Positions 48,867-61,377 of a stretch of DNA of 64,000 nt are shown piece after piece. A program made the translations under genes and the position numbers. How positions within the stretch are numbered: the stretch's first letter is position 1; each line of letters opens with the position of its first letter. Below the pieces are notes generated by a model, which saw only the letters and a list, made by a program, of their open reading frames with translations, had not been told where the DNA came from and ran no database searches. The stretch comes from Mobula hypostoma (taxonomy: Eukaryota): positions 28,770,001 to 28,834,000 of the forward strand of contig NC_086118.1 of assembly GCF_963921235.1 (NCBI RefSeq), written 5' to 3'.

Positions 48867-48880
48867 TTGATGCACTATCA

Positions 48881-49340
48881 GGTTGGAGGCTACAACCTGA
48901 TGGCATGAACATTGACTTCTCTAACTTCCGCTAATGCCCCACCTCCCCCTCGTACCCCATCCGTTATTTATTTTTATACACACATTCTTTCTCTCACTCT
49001 CCTTTTTCTCCCTCTGTCCCTCTGACTATACCCCTTGCCCATCCTCTGGGTTCCCCCCTCCTTTTTCCTTCTCCCTGGGCCTCCTGTCCCATGATCCTCT
49101 CATATCCCTTTTGTCAATCACCTGTCCAGCTCTTGGCTCCATCCCTCGCCCTCCTGTCTTCTCCTATCATTTTGGATCTCCCCCTCCCCCTCCCACTTTT
49201 AAATCTCTTACTAGCTCTTTCTTCGGTTAGTCCTGACCAAGGGTCTCAGCCCGAAACGTCAACTGTACCTCTTCCTAGACTTGCTGCCTGGCCTGCTGCG
49301 TTCACCAGCAACTTTGATGTGAGTTGTTTGAATTTCCAGC
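48881..49340 (+). mobile_element. Relatively young PLE 3' end and pseudo-LTR
   Basis: CAACCTGATGGCATGAACATTGACTTCTCTAACTTCCG (QPDGMNIDFSNFR), a pyrimidine tract, the hammerhead motif, and the terminus TTTCCAGCATCTGCAGAATTCCTCGTG. Confidence 0.85.
49229..49264 (+). ncRNA. Minimal type I hammerhead ribozyme motif (best-preserved copy; core G8 and one stem I base mutated)
   Basis: AGTC-CTGACCA-A-GGG-TCTCAG-CCC-GAAAC-GTC-AACT. The consensus over copies in the window is CAGTC-CTGAYGA-A-GGG-TCTCRG-CCC-GAAAC-GTC-GACTG. Confidence 0.65.
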
Positions 49341-49850
49341 ATCTGCAGAATTCCTCGTGTGAGCAGATTGGTTGGTAGGTTTTGGAAAGGTGCAAAAATA
49401 AGAACATAAAATAGCAGGGTTGATGCCATGAGTGACTTCTGCTTCCATAATGTTCATCGGCACCTCCCTCATGCAAAAGTTTTAAATGATGTGGAATGTT
49501 TTAGGTGTATCCAGGAAGGACTCCTGACACCATATGTGGTCAGGCTGACTAGAAGTGAAACCATACTGGATCTGGTACTGGACAACGAACCTGGTCAGGT
49601 GACAGATCTCTTGGTCAGTGAGAATTTTGAGACAGTGACCATGATTCGCTGACCTTTACCATAGCCTAGGACAGGTATAGAAGCAGATGGTATGGGAGCG
49701 TATTTAATTGGGGGAGGCTGAATTTTGACACTATTAGGTAGAAACTTGGGAGTGTAAATTGGGAGCTGTTATTGGGAATGGATGTACTCATGGAGATATG
49801 TGGAGATTGTTTCGGAAACTCTTGCCTGAGGTTCTGGTAAAGTTGAAAGA
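49340..49850 (+). mobile_element. CR1 endonuclease-domain fragment
   Basis: CIQEGLLTPYVVRLTRSETILDLVLDNEPGQVTDLLVSENF. Confidence 0.75.
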
Positions 49851-50944
49851 TGGCCGTGGGGATATGCAACGATGTTTTGTGGGAAGCTCAAAAAACTACT
49901 AGATATTCTACTTAATATACTTCGGAACGATGCTTACTGTAATCTGCAGCCTGTAATTTTCCTTTAAGAAATGTACTGCTGAACTGGCTAAACGAAGTAG
50001 TGATTTTACGATCTCTTGAAGGAGTCAGCAACCTTGACGCTCAGGAATGCACGTACGGTACCTTGAAGTGGACGAAAGTCGTCTATCGCCTGAAGAGAGG
50101 ACACTGGGCTGCACTTCAATCCAAATTAATGTGTCGAGGCCTGAGAGTGAAAAGTGAACCAGTGTTTAGCCCTACTACTAAGTGCCAGCCAAGATCTGAA
50201 CCCGTCCCGTCTGCCTGCATTGGACCCATTCGCTCTCTTTTCTAGCTTCTGTCATCGATCAGGTGATGCAGGAGTCTTGGATCCTGTGTCACCGGGTTCA
50301 GGAACAGCTGTTGCTCTTCAGCAATCAGGCTCCTGACCCAGTGGAGATGGCTTCACTTATCTCTGTACTGAACTGACTCCACGGCCTGTGAGCTCACTTT
50401 TGGAAAGCCCGCAGCTCAATGTTCTCAGTATTATTTATTTGCTTTTTCTATTTTTAAATGAGTTGTCCTCTTTTGTACATTGAGTGTTTGTTAGTCCTTG
50501 ATATGCATGGTTTACCGTGGATTCTATTGTATTTCTTTATTTTCCTGTGGGTGCTTGCAAGAAAATAAATCACAAGGTTGTATATGGTACACATATTTCG
50601 ATAATAAATTTATTTTGAATTTAGCCTTTGTCCTATTGGTGGTAAGGATGATAGGGTGAAGGGCCCTGGTTGATAAGAGATGTAGAACACCTAGCCAAGG
50701 GGAAAATAGAATCGTACTTAAGGGTTAAGAAGTAAGGATCAGACAGTGAATTAAATGGTAGCAAGAAAAGAACAAGAATGGATTTAGGAGAGGTAGAAAG
50801 GGACATTGGAAGGCCTTGGTGAATAGGATTAAGGAAAAGCACAAGGCATTAACATAGAAATATAACCATTGAGATGTTTTTGCAGATTCCGGTCTTCTTT
50901 AGGTATGTTCCTGGGTGCATGCTATATGCCGAGGAGTATATCTT

Positions 50945-51690
50945 CAATGACAACAACCTTGCTCTCAACATCAGTAAGACCAAGGAATTGGCTGTGGGCT
51001 TCAGGAAGAGGAAGTCAGAAGAACATGTGGCAGTCCTCATCGAGAGGTCAGCAGTCGAAATGGTGAGCAGCTTTAGGTCCTAGGTGTCAATATTTCTGAA
51101 GATCTAACACATTGATGCAATTATGAAGAAGACACGCCATCAGCTATATTTCATTAGGGGTTTGAGGAGACTTAGCATGTCACCAAAGACTCCAGCAAGT
51201 TTCTACAGATGAACCACGGAAAACATTCTGACTGGCTGCATCACCATCTAGTATAGAGGCTGCAATGCACAGGATCAGAAAAAGCTGTAGATGGTCATAA
51301 ACTCGGCCAACTCCATGATAATCACTAGCTCCCCCTGCATTGGAAACATATCCAAAAGATAATAGTTCAAGAAGGCAGAATCCATCATTAAGGAACCTCA
51401 CCATTCAGGACATGTCCTCTTCTCATTGCTACAATCTGGGCGGAAGTACAGGAACCTGAAATGTACACTCAACATTTTGCTAACAGTTTCTTCCCCTCCA
51501 CCATCAGATTTCTGAATGATGCATGAATCTATGAATACTACATTACTAATTTGTTCTCTATTTCCACTATATTTTTAATTTTTTTAATATTTCTCTTTGT
51601 AACATAGTAATTTTTATGTATTGCATTTTCCTGCTACAGCCAAACAACAGATTTCATTTATGTTAGTAATAATAAACCTGATTCTGATTC
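50945..51690 (+). mobile_element. Degenerate Rex1/Babar-like LINE 3' portion
   Basis: DNNLALNISKTKELAVGFRK...VEMVSSFR, followed by the ORF end and a (CTGATT)n tail. Confidence 0.8.
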
Positions 51691-54600
51691 ATTTGCTATT
51701 CTACTGGGTACCATATCTTATTGGAACTGACTTGCATTGTTCCACATCTGCTTGTATGATAGCACCACCCAGAAATTTGCCTCATTTCTCTGTATCAATG
51801 GGATTTATCAAAATAAATTCTGCCTGTTCGCTCCAACCTTTCTGGCTGGTTACCTCACAGCAGCCTACTTCCACAAACTTCTGTCTAACTGCCTGTCTCC
51901 CTGGCTTTGTCTTTTACTGTTCATAGCCGGAAGCTGAAGTTCCACAAGACGCCTCGTTGAGCACTCAGGTTCGATGACTTCCCGTCATGACAGGTGTCAG
52001 TCATTAATCACTTACCAAGCTGATGAACTGATTATCATTTATAATCCACAAAATGTAAATAGCATTTTTATCACTTTTTGTCTCTAGCCCCTTTCGTAAC
52101 CGGCATGAATAAATTATACTTCATGAAATAATATTTACAGTATCTTTTCCAAACGCTTTCTGTGGAAGTAATGATCCTAAGATCCAGAAGTTTATTGATG
52201 ATAAGCAATGAACTTTGCAATATCTATAAAGAGTAACTTTCCATGAGCGATGCCTTTGTCCAACTTGTTTGTGAATTGCAAGAAAGCCAAAACTCAAGGC
52301 ATTAGTAATTTAGAATCAAATTACCTCCCTGTAGGCTTAAACAAGTTTGTGAGTGGGATGAATGAAATCCAATGTTTGCAGCTCTTGATTCATGCTTGAT
52401 ATGTCATAGTGTGCTACAGAGCTACATTAAGACAATGTTTTTGAAGTAAACCAGTTTTAATCTTAGATTCAAATTAGACCTGAAATAAATAGAGCATTTG
52501 TAGTGTTTCTCCATCAGTCACTGAAATATTGTAAAGCATTCCCTGGATGATGAAATGTGTTTTGAAAAAAACTACCTGTGTTATTTAATAAGGTCACTAA
52601 AAGGCTGGGCAACTATCAGATAATGTCAAAACAAAGAGAAGCATCCTAATCATTGCACACAATTAACTAAGTGGACACAATTTCATACAGTTCTTTATAC
52701 TAGTATTAAGACTATTAATTAGTCACCAGTAATATCACAGACAATTTAATAGATTAACTTGTACGTTAACAAATGATTCTGAAAAAAAAATCCTGAGTTT
52801 TCTAGCCTGTGGCAGGCATGTTTGAATCAATTGCTTGACCCATGTGTGGATGCCATTGCAACAACCTCATTTTTAATCACCTCGAAGTGTCAGTGGCAAG
52901 GCCTTACACTCATCTCTGACTTCATCTTCTCAGAGTGAAGCTGAGAAGGAGTGGAAAGGAGGGAACTGTCATGTGAAGCCCATACTCAAATGTATAGACA
53001 GACGGTTAAACCACGCCTTTTAGTTCATTGATGTCAAACCTGCCAAAAAGGCTATGGTACACAGTCAACTAAGTGGGCACAATTTCACACATTTGTTTAT
53101 ACTCATGTTAAGAAATACTAGTATTTTACTATAATTGTTTCAGAATGTCCTTGATATTTAGAAAAAAACATTATTAAAGTAATTTTTAAATTTAAATTTA
53201 AATAGTACACGATTATTTGAAACAATTCAAACCCATTAACTAAATGCAATTAATTCAAGGGACACAATGTATTTTTATTGTTTCTTAGTAATTCAAATAC
53301 AATAAGGTTTATGTATTTTATTTAGCAATAGTGCATAGAGTAGGCCCTTCTGGCTGATGAACCAGTGATCAAATTTTTAGGTGTATAACAATTAGAACAA
53401 GAAATGATACAGGAAATCCCTGGTATGTGGTAAGCGAGGTGAACTGCACAGATCTCAAGCTTGTTGTGGGTGTGTAGTAATTAATTTAGGCAATGTTTGT
53501 GACATTTTTTTTGTTTCAGTATCAATACAAAACACAAACATTGAATTCAGAGGTATACATATGTGATCGTTTTCACTGAACAGAAGAAAGTTTCTGTAAA
53601 ATAAAATTATATTTAGGAAAAGAAAATCAAAGGGTAATTGTCAGGTCCAAACCAATTGAAACCAAGTTGACAAAATTCAGAGTCTAAAAGCATTATGTGA
53701 AGTACATTTATGGTTATTACAGGGCTAGCCAAGGTAAATCATTGAGAATATTACAAATAAAAGATGATTTAGTTTGGAGTAGTTTTGAAGTTTAAAAGCT
53801 GCCCTATTAGTTATCAGTGTGTTCTTAGTATAGTCATGTGACCATATGGTTCCTGTTACAACCTTGCAATTTCATAAGCTAAAATAAACTTGTGACCAGC
53901 CTGATTTTGTTGTGTATTTGATTAATAGGCCTCTGGACGAGCAGCAGCAAAGACAAGCCACAAGGGACAAAGATTCATGAGTTCAGTGCTGTACAGTCAT
54001 GCCTCATTGTTCTTGGCAACAACAGTTTCAACTTATTTTTCTCGAGATGCATAAAAGTCTTTTCAAGAATGTGTTTCCAGGGAAACAGAATATAAATTGA
54101 GAGAGTGAGGTCCAATGTTTTCTTCTCGTTATAAAATTAATTGAAATGAACAGGTAAAAACAGCTGAATAATGTAGGAGTAATAAATAAATAAATACACA
54201 TCATATCATCAATTACTGTACAGTATTGACTCTGAAGAATACTGTAAGACAACAGTTAGTTTTCAATAAATGTTCAATTGCGCTGATTGCCTTGAATTGT
54301 TTGGCTTCCTTTGTGCAGACACCACGAATCATGGATTTTTTCAATATTTTGTCTAATTCTTCTTACAATGAAAAGCCCCAAGCAAAATGAAAATACTGGT
54401 ATATCCTGGACAAAATCTCAAACCATGTGGATGTCTGAGGCCCTGTAGCAAATCCTTGTGAATAATGGATGTGATAGTGAAGCCCAAAGAAAATAGAGAA
54501 TTTTTGCAGTTGATTTCAGCCAGGAAAGTGATAATTGCAGAAAATAGGACTGGAGAGAATAATCTCCCATCATCACTGTTTTGACAAAGAAAACAGTTTT

Positions 54601-56204
54601 ATTTCAGTAGCTCTCACTTCAGCTAGTTAAGTTCTAACTTCTGAAAGCACTCTTGCTATTCCAGCTCAAACTCCTTCAGAAGTGCTGACGTCCTTCTTGT
54701 GTGATGTTGGGTTTTTATTCATTGTTTTTTGTTCAACACTTCAGGGTTTTCACCTTTCTTGATGGGTTCTCAAAACTGATTCTCCAAGATGAAACCAGAA
54801 TCCTGTAGGACATACTCATTTGTCTAATTAGTTAGAATCATGTCATATGTCTGGAGCAAATAGAAAACCCTCCTGCTTTGCTTTCCATCTATCTTTAAAG
54901 AATTGTGGAGAAAATAGCTACACGAATGTTATTTGGGCTTCTATAGTCAAGCAAGCACAAATTTTAAAATAGCTGTTAATCAAGAGCACATCTTATCAAA
55001 TCCCGCAAGAATTTTATATTTGAGTTAAATAATTCCCCTTCCACTTAAATATCAGGCATGGGCTGAAATGAAACACTCTATTGAGCTAAGAGGTTAAGCC
55101 ATATCCCAGTTCACACACCAGTCCAAATTTAAAGGAGCCAAGCTATGTAACATTTTAGATAAATTATCTTGTTTTTATCAACCGATTGATGGTAACTATG
55201 GTATGTCTGCCTGGCAATTCTGATTAATGAGCTAGAGGGCGGTAGTGGCCTTCGTGCTACACTTTCTGGAAGAATGAAGTTTGAAGTTATCCTCTATCTG
55301 TTCTTCGATGTGTCACTAACCAAATTAAAGTCTGAGCACAATGGCTTCAATAGACAAAAACTGCTGATCTAACCAGTGACAAAAACAGGCTTTCACTAAA
55401 ACACAGGGCTTGTTAAAAGATTTTGTTGTCCACAGTTTATGTCAAGAGCAAGTACACTGTTGGACATTATATTAGGGTTGACTTCTACAGTATGATCTAA
55501 TTTAAGTAATGTAATACTGGTTCAAATTTATAAGCTATACTTGGATTTCATGCAGAAGGAGGGAACTGGAGATTGATAACATCAGTTTCTTAGGTTAATT
55601 ACATCATTGTCAAGTAACAAATACATTGTGTGATTGATAAATAGCTCCCTGTTCTTTCACTGCTCCTTCTGACCCTCAACAAGAGAACATTCGATAATCA
55701 TTGCTGCCTTTAAAACTCCGATGCATGAAAACAGTGGTGTCGTGATGAATCCCTGCGATGTGAAACAGGTAGAAAAGTCTTTGACAATAATACTTTGCAT
55801 TGATGCATTTTGATAAGTATCTTGCAACTGTCGAGATAAGCAGCAAAGGAGCATTAGGTTCCTATAGTGGCAAAAACATTCACTTGTCAGGAAACCTTGT
55901 CCCTAGCTCTTGAATCCTGTGTCGACCCCCAAATCCAACTTCCTGAACTCTCAACATGGTTTCTTACTTCCAGATGAGCCTTGATAAGATACCAAATCAA
56001 AGAGTATTACAACAAAGAAATGCCAAAGGTGGAGGAGGAAACATTTTAGCATAGGCAGGGGACTGGCTGGTCTGTAGGAATAAGGAGGCATAATCAATTT
56101 TTAATTGCCTGGCAAAATGTAATAACTGTATGGCACAGTTGTGATGAAGACTACCAAGGGATATATATCAATTAAGTGAATAGGTAAAGATCTAGTAAAT
56201 GGAA

Positions 56205-57660
56205 AAATAAAGTAAATTTATTATCAACATGCATATATGTCACCAAATATAACTGAGATTCGTTTTCTTGCAGGCACACTCAATAAATCTATAATAGAGT
56301 AATAACCATTATAGAATCAATGGGAGACTGCACCAACTTGGGCATTCAATCAGTGTGCAAAAAACTGTGCAAGTAACAAAGAAAGAAATAATATTAAATA
56401 AGTAAATAAATAAATATTGAGAACTTGAAACAAAGAGTCCTTGAAAGTGAGTCCATAGGTTGTGGGAACATTTCAAAGATGGGGCAAGTGAAGATATCCC
56501 CTTTGGTTCTACAGCCTGATCGTTGAGGGGTAATAACTGTTCCTGAACCAGATGGTGTGAGTCCTGAAGCTCCTGTACCTTCTTCTTGACGGCAGTAGTG
56601 AGAAGAGAGTATGATCTGAGTTATGGGGATCTTTGATGATGGATGCTGCTTTCCTGCGATAACACTCTACGTAGATGTGCTCAATGGTGGAAAGGGCTTT
56701 ACCTATGATGGTCTGAGCTGTAACCACTACTTTTGTTGGATTTTCCATTCAAGGAAATTGGTGTTCCCAAACCTGGCTGTGATAGAGCCAGTCAATGTAC
56801 TCTCCACTACACATTTATAGAAGTTTGTTCAAAGTTTTGATCTCATATCTGATCTCTGCAAACTCCTCAGGAAGTAGGAGTGCTGCTGTATATTATTGAT
56901 AATCAGCTGGGTTTTCAACCTCCTTGCTATATGCTGATCCATCAATGTATCTGATTTGGCCTACCACAGTGATGTTATTAGCAAACTTGAATATGGCACT
57001 GGAACTGTGCTTAGCCACCCAGTCGTAAATGTAAAGTGAGTAGAGCAGGGGTCAAAGCTCACAGTCTTGTTGTGCACCTGTGCTCCTGAGATCATGGAGA
57101 TGGTGTTGACAATCCGAACTGACTGGAGTCTGCAAGTGTAGGAAATCGAGGATCCAATTGCACAAGATGTATTGAGGCCAAGGTCTTGGAGCTTATTGAT
57201 TAGTTTTGCTGGGATGATGGAATTGAATGCTGAGATGTAGTCGATAAAGAGCATTCTGATGTATGCATCTTTGCTATCCAGATGTTCTAGAGTTGAGTGA
57301 AGAGCCAATGAGGTGACATCTGCTGTGGATCTGTTGCTCTGGTAGGCAGACTGGAGTGGTTCCATGTTGTCTCTCAAGCAGAAGTTGATATATTTCATCA
57401 CCAACCTCTCAAAACACTCCGTCACTGTGGATGTGAGTGCTACAGAAAGCTAGTCATTGAAGCAGGTTACCACGTTCTTCATAAGCCCCAGTATAGTGAA
57501 GCCTGCTTGAAGCTGGTGAATATCTCAGACTGCCAAAACAAGGGGCTTAATGATCTCAGTAAACACTCCAGCCAGTTGATCAGCCCAGGTTTTTAGTTTG
57601 TGACCACGTACCCCGTCTGGGCCAGATACTTTTCGCGAGTTCACCCTCCTGAAGGCTGCT
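56205..57660 (-). mobile_element. Rex1/Babar-like LINE fragments (RT core and 3' end)
   Basis: CFERLV...PLQSAYQSNRSTAD...YIRMLFIDYISAFNSIIPAKLINKLQDLGL and RKAASIIKDPHNSDHTLFSLLPSRRRYRSFRTHT...FRNSYYPSTIRL. Confidence 0.85.
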
Positions 57661-58502
57661 GAGTTGCAGTGAGGATGGAACAGCATAATAAATCACTTAG
57701 CATTTTCAAGGGTTTATGAAAAGACACTGGTGTTCCACTTCACAATGTTGAGAATGTGGCATCCAGTATCCATGAGATCCATTATGATCTACCAAAAGCA
57801 AATTATTGCAGAAAACTGATCCAACTCCACTGAAGTTAGTCTCAATAGGGTAAATGAGAAAATTTGCTGAGAACATTATTAAGAGCTAAAGTGGTAAGAA
57901 TTTTCTCCACATTGGCATGTGTGTCAAGTGAAATGAGAGAACACGATGACAAAAAGTGCAATCACAGTTAATCTCTGCAGAAAAATAATTAGATCGGCAG
58001 TGGGGGAAGGTGTGAGAAATTGCCAGAGAGCTTTCATTAACTTAGTTGTCTTCTAAATTTGTAAATTATATAAAAATGATTTTCAATTATATTGTACCCC
58101 CTGCCATTACAGGTTGCACAGCAGCCAAGTTGTCCACAGTAAGGACTAGAGTATCAAAGCCACAATGATCAGATAATGTGTATCAATGAGGGATAAATCA
58201 TACTATTGCCAGGGATAACTTGACAGTTGTTCTTCAAAACAGAGCCACTGGAGCTAATACACTGACAAGGAAAACAGATCTCATTTAATGTCTTGAGTAA
58301 CACACACAAAATGCTGGAGGAACTCAAAAGTCAGGCTGCATCTATGGAGGGGAATAAATGACTTGTCCAAATGATAGGAACTCAGACAGTGCAGCACTCT
58401 GTCAGAACTGTAATTATATGGATTTGAGGAGACATATGGGTATGAAATGAGTCTCACTTTGTGACATCTTATTACTAATTTATAGCATCGTAATTGAAAA
58501 AA

Positions 58503-59215
58503 AACATAGAAACATAGAAAACCTACAGCACAATACAGGCCCTTTGGCCCACAAAGTTGTGCCTAACATGACCCTACCTTAGAAATTACTAGACTTACCC
58601 ATCGCCCTCTATTTTTCTAAGCTCCATGTACCTATCCAAACGTCTCTTTAAAGACCTTATCGTATCTGACTCCATCACCATTGCCGGCAGCCCACTCCAT
58701 GCACTCACCACTCTCTGTGTAAAAAACTTACCCCTGACATCTCCTCTGTACCTACTCCCTAGCACCTTAAACCTGTGTCCTCTTGTGGCAACCATTTCAG
58801 CCCTGGGAAAAAGCCTCTGACTATCCACATGATCAATGCTTCTCATCATCTTATACACCTCTATCAGGTCACTGCTCATCCTCCACCACTCCAAGGAGAA
58901 AAGGCCGAGTTCACTCAGCCTGTTTTCATAAGGCATGCTTCCCAATCCAGGAAACATCCTTGTAAATCTCCTCTGCACCTTTTCTATGGTTTCCACATCC
59001 TTCCTGTAGTGAGGTGACCAGAACAGAGTGCAGTACTCCAAGTGGGGTCTGACCAAGGTCCTATATAGCTGTAACATTACCTCTCGGCTCCTAAATTTAA
59101 TTCCACAATTGATGAAGGCCAACATACCGTATGCCTTCTTAACCACAGAGTCAACCTGCGCAGCTGCTTTGAGCGTCCTATGGATTCGGACCCCAAGATC
59201 CCTCTGATCCTCCAC
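58503..59215 (-). mobile_element. Young 5'-truncated CR1 LINE
   Basis: Uninterrupted 206-aa ORF2 C-terminus (58595-59215) and (CTATGTTT)n tail. Probable TSD AATTGAAAAAA (58492-58502) / AAGTGAAAAAA (59216-59226). Confidence 0.92.
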
Positions 59216-61377
59216 AAGTGAAAAAAGTGAACAAACAGTATGTTGTCACATATCTATGATTGCATTTTTTGAAGTACATGGAACAATTTCTTGGATTTTC
59301 CTATTGTGTTCCTGGGGTTCTGACTTTGTTTTGATCCCATTGAACAATGATATCCTCACCAGGAGAGCATAGAGAAGAAAATCTATGCCCAGGCAAACCA
59401 TGGTGCTGCTGAACTGTAATACCAGTACTGTAATACAGACCTGTAATATTGAACTGTAATACTGATACTGCACTGCTGAGGATTCTTAAGCATTCACACA
59501 TTCTTATCTTACCAACAGGATACCAACAAGCATGGGAAAATAAATGTAAGCTAGATTGCTGATTTCTGCTTGGCGAAGGCTTGCATTCAACTAGATGACA
59601 TATGCAGTGGTATCTCTAATTTCAGGATTAGCCTTTTGATGTCACCAAGAGTTGAACTGAAGGAAACATGTGCCGTGTGTCTGCAGTTCAGTCCTATTGA
59701 CTTCAGTGCTGTAAATTGTGTAGGCTGTTGACATTACTGGGTACTGCATTTCCTGTACCAACCAGGAATAAAATTTCTAGGCAACTTTGTCTTATCAGTA
59801 GTCTACCCACTTCTTTGATATTTACAGCATGTTTTCAGTAGGACTTCAACCATTAATGTCAGTTTAGAATAAAAACTATTTTTTTCACAATTCAGAGATG
59901 TTGTAAGTAACTGTCTCGACCTGCTGCCTGGCTGCTTCCACGACTGCTGAAATAAATAGCTTTTAGTACAAAAAATCTTTGACATTATTCTGTTGGCTCA
60001 CACCATTGCTGAGAAGAAAACACGGTTGTACAATAAGAATGGCATTTACCCAACTCACAACTGGTGGGTTCAAGACAAAAACTGCTGCTAGACCTTTATT
60101 GTCAGAGTAGTGGCTCTGTGAGCTGTAATCTGCTTTTAAAAACAGTGACATATTCTCCATAATGAAAGAGCAAAATAAACAAAATGACTGGGGAGGCATT
60201 TGTAATTGAGAATAACACTTCGAAGTGTGGTTTCCTTGAGTATTACATGATTTAAAAACAAAGAGGCCTGTATTTGCTATTTGTTTACTGCCATCCTCTG
60301 CAGATACCATGGAACAAATGCTGCCATGCTGCTGGATGTGTAAAAAAACACTGAGGAAGATAAATGTTTTGATTTGTTGCATTCTCAGATAAGTGCATAA
60401 AATAAAAAAAAAACTGACAACATCTTAATGTCATGGCAAAGTAGAGAAACCAAATATTTGAGTAACAGGGCTGAAAAAAAGCATTGGGAGCTTTAAGCAG
60501 CTGGTCCTTCTGATTGGCTCATAAGTTTCCGTGGTAACAACCAATGCTAAAAGAATAGTCAGTAAGACAGGAAAGCATACATTCACACCAGCATATAATG
60601 AACCTGCATGATTACTCTGAATTCCCCGGTGTATACATAGGGTCAGCGAGAAAGTAGTTTGATTCTTATGCAACATGCCTCAAAGTATTAAGAGAATAGC
60701 AAATTGTCCTGACTTTGAATTTACCAGTATTTTGCTTGGAAATTTTTTCAAGCCAATTTTTCGTCTGACTGCAAAAGCAGTTCGGATGATATTCTTAATT
60801 AAACATGAAGCAAAGACAAAGTGTCTGGAAATACTACAAAAAAAAATAGAGGAGAGGTTTAAATAAAGCTCTTTCTTTTCCACAGAGGGCAGTCAGAATA
60901 TTGAATAACTTCAACATTTTTGATGTATAGGCACATTCTTTAAAAGAGAATTAAATAGTTGCTGGCAAACAAGGACAGGAGGAGATTGAACAGCAAGCAA
61001 ATAGATCATATCCATTGGCTCTTGTGAGCAGGGACGTTAATATAGATTTAATATAGAACTAAATAGTTACTTTTCATGTTGTCAGCAGTTATAATATATT
61101 AAACACCATACATCTACTGTACTTGGTCTAGCTATGTAAGTATTTGCATTGTGAAATATTATGTTTGCAGATATACCTGAAACTTAAAATGATATAATTG
61201 CTTCCTCCTGCCTGTGAAGACAGCCTAGCCCCTTGAGTTTTGTATAGAGTCAGACGGAAGTAAGGCCAGCTCGCCCATGCCAAACTGAGCAAATACCATT
61301 TGGCTATATGTGACCCCTATCCCTCTAAACCTTTCTTCTCCATCAATCTATCTAAATGTCTTTTAAATTGGAATTGC

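Larger units (their letters stand above)
44779..48880 (-). mobile_element. Ty3/Gypsy LTR retrotransposon; near full length, frameshifted, 5' LTR mostly lost
   Basis: Domain order gag-PR-RT-RH-IN on the minus strand. Complete 3' LTR at 44779-45010. TGATGCACTATCA (48868-48880) is identical to 44779-44791 and marks the 5' LTR remnant. Confidence 0.95.
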
